In this document: positions 60,701 to 64,000 of the stretch, piece after piece | How the letters are laid out: every line of letters begins with the position of its first letter | How positions within the stretch are numbered: the stretch's first letter is position 1 | The notes under the pieces: generated by a model | Told to the model about the DNA's origin: nothing | Database searches by the model: none | The model's input: the letters and a program-made list of their open reading frames with translations, nothing else | NCBI GenBank assembly: GCA_004431415.1 | Contig: QPMI01000127.1 | Coordinates: 242,415 to 306,414 of the forward strand | Direction of reading: 5' to 3' | Source: Cyanophora paradoxa CCMP329 | Lineage: Eukaryota; Plantae; Glaucophyta | DNA length: 64,000 nucleotides | Translations under genes and position numbers: made by a program

Positions 60701-62489
60701 GCTCGCATATGTCGTGCTGGAAGCGGTGAAAGCGCGCGCTGCCGAAGACCCTTGGCTCTATGCCGAGGTGTGCATTGGGCGCTTCTCGGCAATCAATTGC
60801 AATTGCAATGTCGGCGCGGCGCCAACGGTGGCCTTCCGTTTCGCAGGCGCTCCGCTGGGCAGGGATGCGCGCCATGCAGCAGAGGACAGAGTCCGACGAC
60901 GAAGCGCTCGGGCACTTCTACGAAGCGTGCGCGGCCGCGCTTGAGCTTCCGTGTTCTGCACGGCGAGCCCGTTTCTTCTTCTAACGAGATACCGCGCGCT
61001 CGTTCGTATGTATCCCAGGTGGTCCGTCCTGAGGAAGAACGGGCTCTCTCCGAGCCGGGAGGAGGCGTGGGTCATCCGCGGCATCTTCCACGGTCTCGGT
61101 CCGCCCCTCCGATCCGATCCCATCCGCTCCGCCCCCGGCTCCTCCGCCTCACGGGCGCCCTGTTTGCCAGCGCGGAGACACAAGCTGCAGGAGGCGAAGG
61201 AGGTGCTCGCGCAGATGTACTGGTTCAACGACGAGCCCGAGGTGCGCCCCGCGCGCCCTCGCAACTGCATGGCAATTGCAATCGAAGCACTCGTGAACAT
61301 GCGTGCGGCTTCCGATGCTTACCGGCCACGGCGGCGGTGCGCGCAGGACTCGATCCTCGAGTTCTGGTGCCGGACATCGATATGTGAGCGCCGCCACACG
61401 CGCTCCGGCGCCGACGCTCCCCCGCCTCACCTCGCCAGCTCTGAAATCCCCTCGCTTTTCGCAGACATGTACCAGCTGAAAACGAGGGAAGACCCGGCGG
61501 ACGAGCAGATGTCGGCCATGTCTGCCCTCTGCGACAACTTCCCGCCCGACATGGACACAGGTCCGCCGGCGCCGCCGCCCGCCCTGCATCCTCCAGATCC
61601 AATTTGAACGACGTCGCCGTCGCTGATCACGACGTTGCCGTCGCTGACGCGTCGCGCCGAGCAGACGCCGAGCAGGGGCGCATCGGGACCAACCTGATGA
61701 TGTACCACATGCAGCGGGGTGCGTAGCCAGGCCCACGTGACCTCGAGTTCAGGCCCCCGGCTTCGGCTTTGGACAGTCGGTCCCTTCTTCGCTTGACGGA
61801 GCGCGCGGCGCGCGCGTGCGCTCGCAGGCTCGTACCTCCGGGCGCTCGCCGCGTACCGGGACTTCGTCTCGCGCCTCTCCCGCGCCCCCTGGTCGCACTA
61901 CTGCGACTTCGTGACGAGCAACATCCTCTCCTACACGGACGCCAACCCGGCCTCCATGATGCGCGGCATCCGCGCCGCCGTCGCCTTCCAGCGCCTCATC
62001 GACTTCAGGTGCGAAACGAAAATTCCAGCCGGCCACGGAGCGCATGCGCAGTTTGCGATGCATATATCTGGCGCCGCGCACTCTGGCGGGCCCTGTGTGA
62101 CGCCTTGGGCCCCCCCGCAGCGGCTCGACGCCCATCCTCGCCCACTTCCTGACTCTGCTGGGGCGGCTCTGCCTCTGCGCGAGAGACTTCGACGGGGCGC
62201 GATCGGCCTTCGAGGACGCCCTCGCTGTGCGTGCACGCTCGCGCAGGCTCACATTCCCGCGCACCTCTGCCGAGGTCTAGATCTAGATATCCAGTCGTAA
62301 TTATGGCGTCGATGCCGCTGCCGCTGCCGCTGCCGCTGGCGCGCTCGCTCGCTTTGATTTGCGACGGCGCAGAGATACAAGAGGTACCACCCGGACATCT
62401 TCACTGACGACCACCCCCGAATCATCTTCCTCCGCACCTCCATCGAGCATATACACATGCTGCCTGACCATGATCTTGATCCCAAGTGA
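57790..62489 (+). CDS. Host multi-exon gene of unknown function, boundaries approximate
   Basis: Protein-like exon fragments (MYWEVVPLEP, MYPRWSVLRKNG, DFVTSNILSYTDANPASMMRG, IFTDDHPRIIFLRTS) separated by GT/GC..AG introns. Confidence 0.55.
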
Positions 62490-62602
62490 TTGCATTGCAT
62501 TGCCGTCGAATCGAATCGAACTCTCGACCGCGCGTGTACATGTGTGCTGTATTTCATGTATACGTGGTTCTACTCACTTTAACTAGTACTATTCGAATAT
62601 CC

Positions 62603-62782
62603 CGTCGTGCTTAGGATTATTTGCTTCTGAGTTCTGCTCCGATCCCTGTCCCCGATTCGTGTCGTGCTTAGGAGCTCGAGTTATTTCGTGCACGTCGTGC
62701 TTATATTGATGTTTTTTTTGCTTTAGCTCCGATCCCTTGTCCCCGATTTGTGCCGTGCTTAGCTCAAGTTATTTTGTGCACG
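62603..62782. repeat. Two degenerate tandem ~90-bp repeats
   Basis: CGTCGTGCTTA..GCTCCGATCCCT(T)GTCCCCGATT..GTGCTTAG..AGTTATTT.GTGCACG x2. Confidence 0.8.
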
Positions 62783-63175
62783 GACGCGTGATCGAGTCTC
62801 GGGGCTCCCGGCCCCAGCAAGCCTAGATTCAGATGTACATGTGATTCTAGATCTGTGCATGTATGTGTGTACTGTACACTGTCGTAACGTCAACTTCTCA
62901 GTAGTACTCTAGCTATAGATCTATACTACAATACCTGCTACGTACTAGTACTACGGTATATGGCGCGGCCCACGCGCGAGGGCCCCGGTCCGGGCTTAAA
63001 GCTTCGTCTTGCCAATTAATATTGCAAGTTGTTCACTGTACTGCGGTACGTACTAGCTGTAGTACGCTTATAAAACTAACGTTTGACGTTAACGTTAACC
63101 GTTGAACGGCTCGCTCGCCCAATCATGACTTGCAACTTGGTATACCGTAGAACGTTAACGTGATGATAATATTGC

Positions 63176-63300
63176 AGGGGGGGGGGGGGGGGGGGGGGGG
63201 GGGGGGCGCGCGCGTCAGCTGCTTTACCCCCGGGCCCTTGCTACCCGCGAGCTCGAGGGACTTCGGGAATCGACTCGCCCCCCCCCCCCCCCCCCCCCCC
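63176..63300. repeat. Opposed poly-G and poly-C tracts
   Basis: ~G30 at 63177-63206 and ~C23 at 63278-63300. Confidence 0.85.
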
Positions 63301-63659
63301 GCGGCCCCTGCTCGTCTCAGGATATCGATGTGCAAGATGGTGTCTAGATCTAAACAAACAAAGACAGCACCTGCAGGCGGGGGGCTGCAGCTAGCGCTCA
63401 CTAGGCGTAGCTAATCTATAGCTATATATAGGCCTGGGCCGCCAGATTTCAATAGCTCGCAGCGGCGAAATCTAATTCGAAATGGAACAAAAGTCCTGCG
63501 CCGCTGCCCGTCGACGTCGCGTCTCCGCCCCGCCCGGCAAGCCGCGCCACCGCCCGCCGCGTACGCGTCTCCGCTCCGCCCGACGAGCCGCACCGCCGCC
63601 CGCCGCGTCACTGTACATGTCTCACCGTCGAGCCATACTATGATAGCGCCGCCCGCCGC

Positions 63660-64000
63660 GCCTCCGCCCCGCCCGGCGAGCCGCGCGCCGCCCGCCGCGT
63701 CGCCGCCCACCCGGCCCGGCGGCGAGCCGCGCCACCGCCCGCCGCGCCTCCGCCCCGCCCGGCAAGCCGCGCGCCGCGCGCGCCGCGGCCGCCCGCTGCG
63801 TCGCCGCCCCGCCGTCCGCCGTGCCTAGGCCTCTGCCCCGCCCGGCGAGCTGCGCCGCCGTCCGCCGTGCCTCTGCCCCGCCCGGCGAGCTGCGCCGCCG
63901 CCCGCCGCGCCTTAAGCTTCGCCCCGCCCGCGCGGCCGCGGCCGGCGAGCCGCGCCGCGGCCGCTGCCCGCGCGCGCGCCGGCCGCCGCGCGCACGCCTT
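63660..64000. repeat. GC-rich degenerate tandem repeat (~40 bp)
   Basis: CCGCCCGGCGAGC(C/T)GCGCCGCC units recurring to window end. Confidence 0.7.

Noticed and set aside
47000-64000. Naming the host species
   Set aside because: Intron style and the hybrid kinase suggest a GC-rich alga or protist, but nothing in the window is diagnostic

Overview
GC-rich eukaryotic chromosome segment with four zones. (1) 1-~34.9 kb: gene-dense, almost intronless block of Nucleocytoviricota type (endogenous giant-virus element running off the left edge). It encodes an AEP primase missing from the ORF track, a double-jelly-roll major capsid protein split by two 1-nt frameshifts, a possible penton, a 1518-aa GDGS-repeat fibre and two relatives, two clan-CE-like cysteine proteases, SET, F-box, two RING, LicD, CREST, SRA-like, UFD1/CDC48-N-like and FN3 proteins, a histone-H3-tail mimic and an intron-containing tRNA-Met. 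A Bro-N/KilA-like gene here is split by a spliceosomal intron filled with a 39-bp-periodic repeat/palindromic-spacer array. About ten of the viral proteins end in an Arg/Ser tail, most preceded by an aromatic residue. (2) 35.0-43.1 kb: spliced genes of unknown function, one with a possible histone-H4-like fold. (3) 43.3-46.6 kb: a cassette-like array of four intronless genes (two HEPN-like paralogues, an aspartic protease, a small membrane protein) punctuated by a conserved ~64-bp hairpin repeat that is joined each time at a GGTTCGA T-loop core to a different tRNA-like 3' end. (4) 46.6-64 kb: host DNA with a multi-exon hybrid histidine kinase (including GC-AG introns), MITE-like elements, palindrome-rich spacers and another spliced gene. 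All family assignments are by-eye motif recognition; no searches were run. Host identity cannot be established from this window.
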